A stretch of 64,000 bases of DNA, from positions 10,943-74,942 of the forward strand of contig CAYOME010000001.1 in NCBI GenBank assembly GCA_964405015.1. Reading direction: 5' to 3'. A program made the position numbers and the translations under genes. Of the stretch, positions 1 to 7,729 are shown piece by piece. This DNA comes from an uncultured Candidatus Saccharibacteria bacterium. Its GTDB lineage: Bacteria > Patescibacteriota > Dojkabacteria > SC72. The stretch's first letter is position 1; the number at the start of each line of letters is the position of its first letter. The notes below the pieces were generated by a model. The model searched no databases, was not told where the DNA came from, and saw only the letters and a list, made by a program, of their open reading frames with translations.

Positions 1-1523
1 TTGAGTAATGAGACCCCTGTCATATCTGAAGGTATTGGTATACCCATTAGGTCTAATACCGTTGGCGTAACGTCTTTGAGGGCTCCATATGGTAGATTCC
101 TTGGGGGTATGTTAGCTCCTACAACAATGAATGGTACTGGATTAAGAGAATGTTCTGTATCCATTTCTCCAGTATCAAGATTAATTACTTCTTCAGAATT
201 ACCATGATCTGAGGTGATAATTACAGCACCTCCTCTAATTGTAAAATTTTTAACTAGTTCTCCAACACAGTAATCAACTACCGATATGGCTTTCATTGTT
301 GCATTTATATCCCCAGTGTGTCCTACCATATCTGGGTTTGCAAAGTTTACTACTGTAAAGTCATATACACTAGACTCTATCTTAGAAAGAAGTAGGTTGG
401 TCATAGGGAGGGCACTCATTTCAGGCTTAAGATCATATGTAGCGACATTAGGTGATGGTACTTCTATCCTATCCTCGTTTGCATATCTAATCGCAGCCCC
501 TCCGTTAAAGAAGTATGTAACATGGGGAAATTTCTCTGATTCTGCAATTCTAAGTTGTCTAAGTCCTGATGATGCTAATATATTCCCTATTGGAAGAGGT
601 ATATATTGTTTTGGGAAAAGTACCTTTGGAGGGAAATTCTTTCTGTATTCCACCATGCTTGCAAGATATATTGGATATATATTTGCTCTTGGGAAGAAAT
701 TAAAATTACTATCTATTAATGCTCTTGTTAATTGTATTGATCTATCTGGTCTGAAGTTTAAGAAAAGTACTACATCTCTCGGCCTAATATTACTTTCTTT
801 TACTAATACTGTTGGTTCTACAAACTCATCAGTAATCTTCTTTTCATATGATTTAGATATACATTCGGTATATGTACCACATTGATTACCAATGTTTTGA
901 GTAAGCAAATCATATGCTTTTTTTGTTCTATCCCAATTGTTATTCCTATCCATTGCCCAGGCTCTTCCACATACTGTCGCTATTTGACCAACTCCAGTTT
1001 CATTTATTACCTTTTGTATCTGATCCAAATATGATTTGGATGAATTAGTAGGAGAGTCTCTACCATCTGTAAATGCATGTATGAAGACTTCCCCATTAAA
1101 ATTATTCATTGAAAGGAATTTGAGAGTGGCTTTGATATGGTCTATATGGGAATGTACTCCTCCATCACTCATTAACCCCATTAAGTGAATTCTGGATTTC
1201 ATTCTGTTTGCATATTTAAGAGCTTCTATGAGTGTAAGATTTTTAAAGAAGAGACCTTTAGATATCGATTGATCTATTCTAGGTAATGTTTGAACTATTG
1301 TTCTGCCTGCTCCAATATTCATATGTCCTACCTCACTGTTACCTTTTACGTCTTTTGGGAGGCCAACAGCCTCTCCAGATGCTAGTAAATATGTATGTGG
1401 GGATGTACTCCAAAGCTTAGTTAAATTCTTTGGTTGTGCCTTTACTACTGCATTTCCAGGTGAGTCTGGGGCAGCTCCTAGTCCGTCTAATATTATTAGT
1501 AGTACTTTTTGTTTTATATTCAT
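1..1523 (-). CDS. gpmI: 2,3-bisphosphoglycerate-independent phosphoglycerate mutase (iPGM); C-terminus runs off window start
   Basis: Own translation of the minus strand from the ATG at 1523 gives MNIKQKVLLIILDGLGAAPDSPGNAV...GNSEVGHMNIGAGR...SDGGVHSH...FTDGRD...NPDMVGHTG...TSDHGNSE. These are the classic iPGM metal-binding and phosphoserine motifs. It is not in the supplied ORF track because no stop codon falls inside the window. The plus-strand ORFs 1..207 and 286..885 are antisense to it. Confidence 0.85.
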   Translation of the reverse strand, partial: MNIKQKVLLIILDGLGAAPDSPGNAVVKAQPKNLTKLWSTSPHTYLLASGEAVGLPKDVKGNSEVGHMNIGAGRTIVQTLPRIDQSISKGLFFKNLTLIEALKYANRMKSRIHLMGLMSDGGVHSHIDHIKATLKFLSMNNFNGEVFIHAFTDGRDSPTNSSKSYLDQIQKVINETGVGQIATVCGRAWAMDRNNNWDRTKKAYDLLTQNIGNQCGTYTECISKSYEKKITDEFVEPTVLVKESNIRPRDVVLFLNFRPDRSIQLTRALIDSNFNFFPRANIYPIYLASMVEYRKNFPPKVLFPKQYIPLPIGNILASSGLRQLRIAESEKFPHVTYFFNGGAAIRYANEDRIEVPSPNVATYDLKPEMSALPMTNLLLSKIESSVYDFTVVNFANPDMVGHTGDINATMKAISVVDYCVGELVKNFTIRGGAVIITSDHGNSEEVINLDTGEMDTEHSLNPVPFIVVGANIPPRNLPYGALKDVTPTVLDLMGIPIPSDMTGVSLL

Positions 1524-1621
1524 GGCAGTTATTAGAGTATATTGTGGCATATTTTTGTGAAATATTCTATAATAGCCGGTGCATAATATTTATTATGTTT
1601 TTATATATTAATACAAAAGTC

Positions 1622-2041
1622 ATGGATACAAATTTGATGAAGAAAATAGAGGGGGATCAGCTTAAGAAGAGACCAGATGTAAAGATTGGTGATACAGTCA
1701 GATTACATATGAAGATTAAAGAGGGTAACAAGGAAAGGATACAGATATTCGAGGGTGTAGTTATTTCTATGAAATCTTCTGGTTTAGATCAAACCTTAAC
1801 AGTTAGAAAGATTTCATATGGTATTGGTGTAGAAAGAGTTGTACCTATGCATTCTAATCTTTTAGAAAAGATCGAAGTAGTTAAGAGGGGTACAGTTACC
1901 AAATCTAAACTCTTCTATCTAAGAGATAGGGTGGGAAGAAGAGCATTAAAGGTTTCTAATCTAAAGGATTTGTATTTGACTGATGAAGTTGTTGTTCCTG
2001 TAGTAGGTGAGGATGTTGTAAAAGAAGAGGTTACAGAGTAA
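1622..2041 (+). CDS. rplS: 50S ribosomal protein L19, with a ~25-aa acidic C-terminal extension
   Basis: MKKIEGDQLKKRPDVKIGDTVRLHMKIKEGNKERIQIFEGVVISMK...VRKISYGIGVERVVPMHS is an L19 fold. The track ORF 1430..2041 is an upstream extension; the first plausible ATG is at 1622 (alternative 1637). A TATAAT-like -10 element lies near 1566. Confidence 0.85.
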   Translation: MDTNLMKKIEGDQLKKRPDVKIGDTVRLHMKIKEGNKERIQIFEGVVISMKSSGLDQTLTVRKISYGIGVERVVPMHSNLLEKIEVVKRGTVTKSKLFYLRDRVGRRALKVSNLKDLYLTDEVVVPVVGEDVVKEEVTE

Positions 2042-2056
2042 TATTTACTACTCAAT

Positions 2057-2132
2057 GCGGGAGTAGTTCAATGGTTAGAATGTCTGTTTTCCAAACAGAG
2101 GGTTGCGGGTTCGAGTCCCGTCTCCCGCTCCA
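2057..2132 (+). tRNA. tRNA-Gly (anticodon TCC), CCA encoded
   Basis: The 76-nt cloverleaf has acceptor GCGGGAG/CTCCCGC, D-arm GTTC-AATGGTTA-GAAT and anticodon stem TCTGT/ACAGA. The loop TTTCCAA gives anticodon UCC at positions 34-36. T-arm is GCGGG-TTCGAGT-CCCGT and the discriminator is U73. Standard numbering (single nucleotide 26, 5-nt variable loop) excludes the alternative CCA (Trp) reading. Confidence 0.85.
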
Positions 2133-2178
2133 ATTAGATAGATAGTGTATTTTTCGCTTCTCTACGGTATAATTGTGT

Positions 2179-2733
2179 ATGTTAAGTGCTGGAGAAGATT
2201 TCTTCAAAGACAAAAGTGATGATTTTAGTAGTGGAGGTAGAAGGAGTTCCTTTACTGACCTATCCTCAGATCGTATTCCAATGATTGAAAAGATATATCA
2301 AGAAGTTCTTGGTAGAAAACCAAGCTCAAGAGAAATATCTTTTTACAAATATGGTTCTGTACGCGAAGAAGAAATTCGGGCCAAGCTATTAAAATCTGAT
2401 GAACATATAAAGATTTTGGAAGATGCTAAGAAAGTTCCTGGTCTTGAAGAACAAGTAAGGAATTTACAATTAGCAGAAAAAAAACTTGTTCAAAAGGGTC
2501 AAGATCTAGGACAACAAATAGATGAAGTGCAGGTATTGTTAAATGAAAAGAATTCCATTATTCAACAATTAAGAGAGGAAGTAAAAAATCCATACAACTT
2601 GAATGATCAACTAAGAAGATATGAGGAAGGTTTTGATATTTACTCTACTGGTAGAAGAGAGGTTCAAGTTGTAAAAGAAAGGCAATCATTTATAGATTTT
2701 GTTAAAGAATTACTTAATATGATTATTAAGTAG
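2179..2733 (+). CDS. hypothetical coiled-coil protein with DUF4214-like motif (start uncertain; alternative ATG at 2281)
   Basis: The track ORF starts at a TTG at 2173, directly abutting a TATAAT at 2168-2173. EVLGRKPSSREISFYKYGSV resembles the DUF4214 core. The C-terminal half is heptad-rich (LQLAEKKLVQKGQDLGQQIDEVQVLLNEKNSIIQQLREEV). Confidence 0.4.
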   Translation: MLSAGEDFFKDKSDDFSSGGRRSSFTDLSSDRIPMIEKIYQEVLGRKPSSREISFYKYGSVREEEIRAKLLKSDEHIKILEDAKKVPGLEEQVRNLQLAEKKLVQKGQDLGQQIDEVQVLLNEKNSIIQQLREEVKNPYNLNDQLRRYEEGFDIYSTGRREVQVVKERQSFIDFVKELLNMIIK

Positions 2734-2735
2734 AT

Positions 2736-3026
2736 ATGTCTCCTAAAGAGTTTGGTGTTAGATTAAAGAAAGCTAGAGAGGAATATGGTTTATCTCAAAG
2801 AAGTTTAGGTTTGGCATTAGGTCTATCTGACAAAACTATTAGTTCATATGAATCATCCAGATCATATCCTAATCTCGAGATACTTAAAAAGCTATCTGAG
2901 GTATTAGGCAGATCGACAGATTATTTTCTAGAGTACGAGAGAAAGGATATTTCACTCTTAGAAAGAATTGAGATATTGGAGAAAGAAATCTCTATATTAA
3001 AGAAAAAGCTTAGTAAGGAGGAGTAA
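2736..3026 (+). CDS. XRE-family (Cro/C1-type) HTH transcriptional regulator with C-terminal coiled coil
   Basis: LKKAREEYGLSQRSLGLALGLSDKTISSYESSRSYPNLEILKKLSEVLGRSTDYF is the canonical XRE helix-turn-helix. It overlaps the 3' end of the convergent gene 3010..3660 by 17 nt. Confidence 0.75.
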   Translation: MSPKEFGVRLKKAREEYGLSQRSLGLALGLSDKTISSYESSRSYPNLEILKKLSEVLGRSTDYFLEYERKDISLLERIEILEKEISILKKKLSKEE

Positions 3027-3660
3027 GCCAAATCTTTATCCTCTTTATTATCTTATCTGAAGATTTGTATACAAAGAAACCTGCACCTCCAAGAAGTAAT
3101 ATCCCAAAGAGTACTAGAAACAGTATAGAGATTGTATATTCTGAATCCACAGGATCAACTACTAAGTTTTCACTTAATGTGACTGTAGAGCTTACACTGT
3201 TAGTATAGTTGGTATTGTATTGCCAGGATACAATATTTACAGTTACATCGTATGTTCCTGCTCTTTGTGGAGATATCGTAGCTTTAAATTTGTATGTTTG
3301 ACCTTTATTAAGAGTGACTATTTCTTTATGTGAAGGATCGGCTTTTAATGTTGATGGCACTTCCCATCTAATCTGTGTTTTATCAGACTCTATTTTAGGA
3401 GTTATATATACAGTATATGGTATTGATTTGTTAAATGGACTTTGAGCTCCTCTAACTAACTCTAATTCAAAGTAGTTGTTTTCACTCATTACCGTTTTCT
3501 TCTTAACATCTTCTGTAACTACAGGAGTTGATTCCTCATCTGCAATTTCTTCATCTATTACAATCTTTGTATCTTCTTCTATGGGTATTTGGTCCGCAAA
3601 TATAGCAGATACTTGTGAAAGAAAAAGAACTGGTAAGAGTAATATTGTTAATATTTTCAT
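3010..3660 (-). CDS. hypothetical secreted/anchored protein (signal peptide, acidic linker, C-terminal hydrophobic segment plus basic tail)
   Basis: N-terminal MKILTILLLPVLFLSQVSAIFA. C-terminal ...ISILFLVLFGILLLGGAGFFVYKSSDKIIKRIK. It is the last gene of a six-gene minus-strand run (7741 to 3010) with 4-47 nt overlaps. Confidence 0.5.
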   Translation of the reverse strand: MKILTILLLPVLFLSQVSAIFADQIPIEEDTKIVIDEEIADEESTPVVTEDVKKKTVMSENNYFELELVRGAQSPFNKSIPYTVYITPKIESDKTQIRWEVPSTLKADPSHKEIVTLNKGQTYKFKATISPQRAGTYDVTVNIVSWQYNTNYTNSVSSTVTLSENLVVDPVDSEYTISILFLVLFGILLLGGAGFFVYKSSDKIIKRIKIWLTPPY

Positions 3661-4073
3661 CCTAATATTTTGATTATAGCCATTTTATATATTTTGTATG
3701 CTTGTTGTGCACTATCATAGCTTATATCTTCATCTTTGTGTACTATATCATTCCTTGTTTTATGTACATCCCATATCTTTTGATATATATCTTTTTTAAA
3801 GAGACTCTTTGCTAATTTAAGATTTTCTCCACAGCTATTTTCATTCTTATACCTTGTTTGTAGAGATTTGCTAAGTAGATTATCCAATCTGATTATTGCA
3901 TCTCTTCTTGCATACATATCTTCACTTTGAATTTGCACTTCAAGATTGTTAAGGGATTTAAATATCTTCTCTCTTCTTTTTTTTGGTACTTGAAGTGAAT
4001 TAATTCTTGCAAATATCACAAGTACGGTAATGAGTAAGAGTATGAAAATTGTAAAAATTACTGCATTATCCAT
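3657..4073 (-). CDS. hypothetical N-terminally anchored small protein with Rx4H (HEPN-like) motif
   Basis: N-terminal transmembrane segment FTIFILLLITVLVIFA. Near the C-terminus DVHKTRNDIVHKDEDIS matches R-x4-H. The overlaps (4 nt with 3010..3660, 8 nt with 4066..5940) suggest co-translation. Confidence 0.45.
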   Translation of the reverse strand: MDNAVIFTIFILLLITVLVIFARINSLQVPKKRREKIFKSLNNLEVQIQSEDMYARRDAIIRLDNLLSKSLQTRYKNENSCGENLKLAKSLFKKDIYQKIWDVHKTRNDIVHKDEDISYDSAQQAYKIYKMAIIKILG

Positions 4074-5940
4074 ATTTCTTAGATATCTTGTTAACTAATA
4101 TATATATTGGAATTGCTATTACAAAATATGAAAGCATGGAGAGTAGTTTAGCAAAAATATTTACAGTAAGATTGTTTTCCAATATCTCTATTTCTTTCTC
4201 AATATATATTTCATCTGTTTCTATATTACCACTAATACCTTTGAGAACCATGTAGAAAGGGGTAGAAATATCTCTAGATGGTATATTAAATACAATATCT
4301 ATACTGTCCCCAGGGAGTAGTATTTTTGAAGAGTTGTTTTCTACAAAATCGATATATTTTGTAATATCTGGATTAGATTTAGTAAAGTGGATATCATCTA
4401 AGATTGTATTACCCATGTTAGTTACCTTGATGTAACCCTGTAAATGGGAATCAATAGCTTTGTATGGTTGTAGGAATATTTCTGCAGACATTTTGTTGTA
4501 TGTAGGTATTTCCTCTTGTATTACAGAAGTTTGGAAGTCATTCTCAGAATAGTAGGTGAGTTTCGGGGTATTCGGGTTGTAATATCTATATATTAAAGAT
4601 ATATGATCTGGTAACTGTCTGTTCCACAAAGAGGTCTTAGAGTAATCTTCAAGGAATGGATCAACAATTATCCAAGTCTTTTTTTCAATATCAAAATATT
4701 CTACCCAGTAATGATACATACCATCTGGATGGTAATCTGAAATATTTGTTACATATCCAATTACTAGTCTTGCAGGAATACCAAAGTATCTATACAAAGC
4801 TATCATTGAATCAGCATAGTCTTCACTAGTAGAGAGAGCTTGTTCGCTTAATGCTCTTTGTCCACCTAATCTAGTTCCTCCAGTTAGTGAACCTAATGTA
4901 AGCGTATTTGGTTCAAGATTCTCTACCAAGAAGATATACAATGAGTAGTAGAGGGATTCTTTGTCCTCTATTTTATCAATATTACTTACATTAGACTCTA
5001 TCCCCCTATCTTTAAGATATTTGTATATTCTTTTTTCCAATGAGCTATCTTTTATCTCCCATATTGTTTGATTCTCGATATCAGGCTTATTGTCTCTAGT
5101 TGAGATACTTTTATCCATAACTATGTATCCTTTTACAGATACATCTATATTACTTTTAGGAGCTATTTCATATTGTAGAGTGTAATTACCATTTAGATCT
5201 TTGTAGCTACCATTTGGTTTTGGTAGTATTTCAGAGATTAATACTAATTGATTATTACTGTTTGGTGGTAAAGATATCTCTGAAGATATTGTTTCCTCAC
5301 TACTATTTATTAAATTCCTAGATATATTAAAAGAGTAAAGTATTTTTTCTCCTAGTGAAAGATTTACCTTCGTACTACTTGGTGGAGCAGTTTTGATTTC
5401 TGTATTTGGACCTTTTTGTGTAATATCTGTAATTGGGGTGGATGACCAGGATATTTCTCCTAAGTTATTAGGATATGTGATACTAAATATTCTAGATTTT
5501 GTGTCTTTGATTGAGGATATTAGGGAAAGGTTATTACCTTCTTGTTCTGTAGAGAAGGTAAGTTTAATCTTTACAGGGTTCTCTTTAGAAACAACAGTAT
5601 TATCCAAATCAATTATCATATCTGTCGCCTGATCTCTATCATAGTAGGTAGGTTCAAGGGATGTATTTTTTGTTAAGGAAAATACCTTAGGTCTTAAATT
5701 CTCTTGAGGTATGGTGATGGTATAGAAGGTGAGGACTCTTGGTGTAGTAGTTGTAGAAATAGTTATATATACCGTAGTATCTACAATCTTTCCATCCCAT
5801 GTATGGTAAAAATCAGAGGATATATCAAATCCTTCTAATGCGTATGACTTTGGAATATTTGTAAATATTGAGATTGAAAAGAAAAGAGATATACTAAATA
5901 TCGATATTACTCTCTTTAAATATCCATTCAAATTTCTCAT
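4066..5940 (-). CDS. transglutaminase-like superfamily membrane protein (catalytic Cys position is Ser)
   Basis: EDYADSMIALYRYFGIPARLVIGYV...HYWVEYFDIEKKTWIIVDPF matches the transglutaminase-like core (G-x-C-x-D-x-A, GIPAR, H, D). Ser sits where the nucleophilic Cys is expected. It has an N-terminal signal/anchor and a C-terminal transmembrane segment. Confidence 0.55.
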   Translation of the reverse strand: MRNLNGYLKRVISIFSISLFFSISIFTNIPKSYALEGFDISSDFYHTWDGKIVDTTVYITISTTTTPRVLTFYTITIPQENLRPKVFSLTKNTSLEPTYYDRDQATDMIIDLDNTVVSKENPVKIKLTFSTEQEGNNLSLISSIKDTKSRIFSITYPNNLGEISWSSTPITDITQKGPNTEIKTAPPSSTKVNLSLGEKILYSFNISRNLINSSEETISSEISLPPNSNNQLVLISEILPKPNGSYKDLNGNYTLQYEIAPKSNIDVSVKGYIVMDKSISTRDNKPDIENQTIWEIKDSSLEKRIYKYLKDRGIESNVSNIDKIEDKESLYYSLYIFLVENLEPNTLTLGSLTGGTRLGGQRALSEQALSTSEDYADSMIALYRYFGIPARLVIGYVTNISDYHPDGMYHYWVEYFDIEKKTWIIVDPFLEDYSKTSLWNRQLPDHISLIYRYYNPNTPKLTYYSENDFQTSVIQEEIPTYNKMSAEIFLQPYKAIDSHLQGYIKVTNMGNTILDDIHFTKSNPDITKYIDFVENNSSKILLPGDSIDIVFNIPSRDISTPFYMVLKGISGNIETDEIYIEKEIEILENNLTVNIFAKLLSMLSYFVIAIPIYILVNKISKKYG

Positions 5941-6628
5941 ATTTTCTCATTACTTGCTTTACAATTGGGGTCTTAGCGGTGATCCCATATTTTGAAATGA
6001 TGTTATCCCATTCTATTTTCTCAGGTTCGTTCACTATCTTGTAATCTGGATTTCTAACTATTTCCTGTTTTGCATTCTTTCTGATTATATAATAGGCCAT
6101 TCCACCTTTATCATCAAGAACTATTCTTGGTTTGGCTTCTCTATCTACTATTTCAAGTACAATTAAATTTGAAGTTTGTCTTGAATTTACAATTGCACAT
6201 GTATATCCAGGAGGGACTATAACCTTTTGGCCTTTTTTTAACTGAGATTTAATGACTCTGTTTTTAATAGGGGAATCATATTTTTGAAGTAGAACTGTTC
6301 CGCCACCATATATTACTTCTAGTATTCTGGGTCTTTTTAAACATTTTGTTGCAAAAGTTTTTGAATATTCGATACCCGCTAGATTAGGATATATGAGGTA
6401 TATATTAATTTTAAGATTCTTACTCTTAAAAACATTATCCTTATCAATATCTTTGTATTTTCTGTAAAAAATTTCAGGACAGTTTAACTCTTCGTTTAAA
6501 AGCTGTGAACGGATGTCATCAATACAGACAGTAGATACTCCTGCTATTGTTAATCCTTGGGGCTGTAATTCTTCACCACTGTAAAAGATGGGCAATCCTG
6601 AGGATTGCTTCAGATCTATTCTTGCCAT
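5894..6628 (-). CDS. hypothetical protein (possible cupin-like beta fold, no metal-binding His motif)
   Basis: 244 aa; GQKVIVPPGYTCAIVNS resembles cupin motif 2, but no HxH motif. It is part of the minus-strand operon. Confidence 0.35.
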   Translation of the reverse strand: MARIDLKQSSGLPIFYSGEELQPQGLTIAGVSTVCIDDIRSQLLNEELNCPEIFYRKYKDIDKDNVFKSKNLKINIYLIYPNLAGIEYSKTFATKCLKRPRILEVIYGGGTVLLQKYDSPIKNRVIKSQLKKGQKVIVPPGYTCAIVNSRQTSNLIVLEIVDREAKPRIVLDDKGGMAYYIIRKNAKQEIVRNPDYKIVNEPEKIEWDNIISKYGITAKTPIVKQVMRKYEKFEWIFKESNIDI

Positions 6629-6654
6629 ATATCTCTATTATACCACAAAAAGGA

Positions 6655-6945
6655 TTAATCAGCTTGTCTAAAGGATTTTGAGAGTTCAGAAAAGACAAAA
6701 GAGAGAATTGAAAAGAAGATAATGGCAATGATTGGGGTTAATTCTATTGTGAATCTATCTATCATCATCTCTTCTGCAACTATTCCATAGAAGGGTTGAA
6801 TTACTGTATCTGTAAGGTTGTATATCCAACTGACTATACTGTTTGTAGAATCAGCATTTATGATTTTTAGAATAACTCTGAATATTAGTAATGTTTGTAA
6901 GAAGGTTGAGAGTGTATAAAGGATTCTAAATATTAAAGAAAGCAT
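6655..6945 (-). CDS. YggT-family (Ycf19/YlmG-like) small membrane protein
   Basis: Two-transmembrane-helix 96-aa protein; SWIYNLTDTVIQPFYGIVA...DRFTIELTPIIAIIFF fits the YggT pattern. Confidence 0.6.
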   Translation of the reverse strand: MLSLIFRILYTLSTFLQTLLIFRVILKIINADSTNSIVSWIYNLTDTVIQPFYGIVAEEMMIDRFTIELTPIIAIIFFSILSFVFSELSKSFRQAD

Positions 6946-6955
6946 ATTAATATAT

Positions 6956-7690
6956 TTACAAGTTATTTATATTCTCTACATAGTAATCTAGTTCTCTCAT
7001 GTATCTTGTAACACCATTAGCCCATGCATGAGCAGGATTAGCTCCACATGGAGGACAGTATGTAGGCTCTATTTGAAATGGCGTAAGATGTGTTCCATAT
7101 CCTAAAGCTAATCCCTTTGTTACAACCTCTATTCCATGTCCCCATGTATTGAATTGACTCCATCCTCTCGAATCAGGGTTAATACCTCTCCATCCCCATC
7201 CATTGTTTGTACCTTTTGGTATTAGATTACCAAATGCAGATTCAACTCCAGATATTGATGCTACTAATCTCCAATCTAATCCATATTCATCTGCTTCTTC
7301 TATGAAGATTTTAGCATATGGGTACATAGGGGAATTGTATGCTAGTAAAAATTTTTGCATAGCGATTACTCTTGGATCTTCAGTTCTCATCTGTGTTTTA
7401 CTGTTTACCTGTTTAAGTAAGTCTGATGTAGAGAGCGTATTAATTGAATATTCTTGTGTAAATATCTCACTGTTAGATATCGGTGTTAAGTAGTTTAATG
7501 TTACTTCCCTGCTTGCTCGTATTTCTCCTAATGTTAGACTTTTAATACCTTCTTCTATTTTTGGTGAAAGAAGGAGAAGATATATGACAAAAAATACAAG
7601 TATTAATGCTAAAGAGAAAAGATTTCTCTTCTGAAAAATATCTTTCCAATGGACTTTTTTTGTTGAACTTGAAAACATATCGTTGTACAT
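6956..7690 (-). CDS. membrane-anchored peptidoglycan hydrolase (FlgJ/glucosaminidase-like domain)
   Basis: KFLLAYNSPMYPYAKIFIEEADEYGLDWRLVASISGVESAFGN fits the mannosyl-glycoprotein endo-beta-N-acetylglucosaminidase core. A transmembrane segment LFSLALILVFFVIYLLLL precedes it. The start was moved to an internal Met to avoid overlapping the dnaE start. Confidence 0.55.
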   Translation of the reverse strand: MYNDMFSSSTKKVHWKDIFQKRNLFSLALILVFFVIYLLLLSPKIEEGIKSLTLGEIRASREVTLNYLTPISNSEIFTQEYSINTLSTSDLLKQVNSKTQMRTEDPRVIAMQKFLLAYNSPMYPYAKIFIEEADEYGLDWRLVASISGVESAFGNLIPKGTNNGWGWRGINPDSRGWSQFNTWGHGIEVVTKGLALGYGTHLTPFQIEPTYCPPCGANPAHAWANGVTRYMRELDYYVENINNL

Positions 7691-7729
7691 ATAATCTAGT
7701 ATATCAGAACTAGATGAGCTATTGAAAAT

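Noticed and set aside
1-885. Track ORFs 1..207 (+) and 286..885 (+)
   Set aside because: Both lie antisense to the well-supported gpmI gene (minus strand, 1..1523) and have low-complexity Ile/Leu/Ser-rich translations typical of mirror ORFs in AT-rich DNA.
2057-2132. tRNA-Trp (CCA) reading of the tRNA after rplS
   Set aside because: The anticodon region tctgttttccaaacaga can be read with loop ttccaaa (CCA), but standard numbering (single nucleotide 26, 5-nt variable loop, 76-nt total) fixes the loop as tttccaa, giving UCC. GCGGG...CCCGC-U73 is also the tRNA-Gly identity set.
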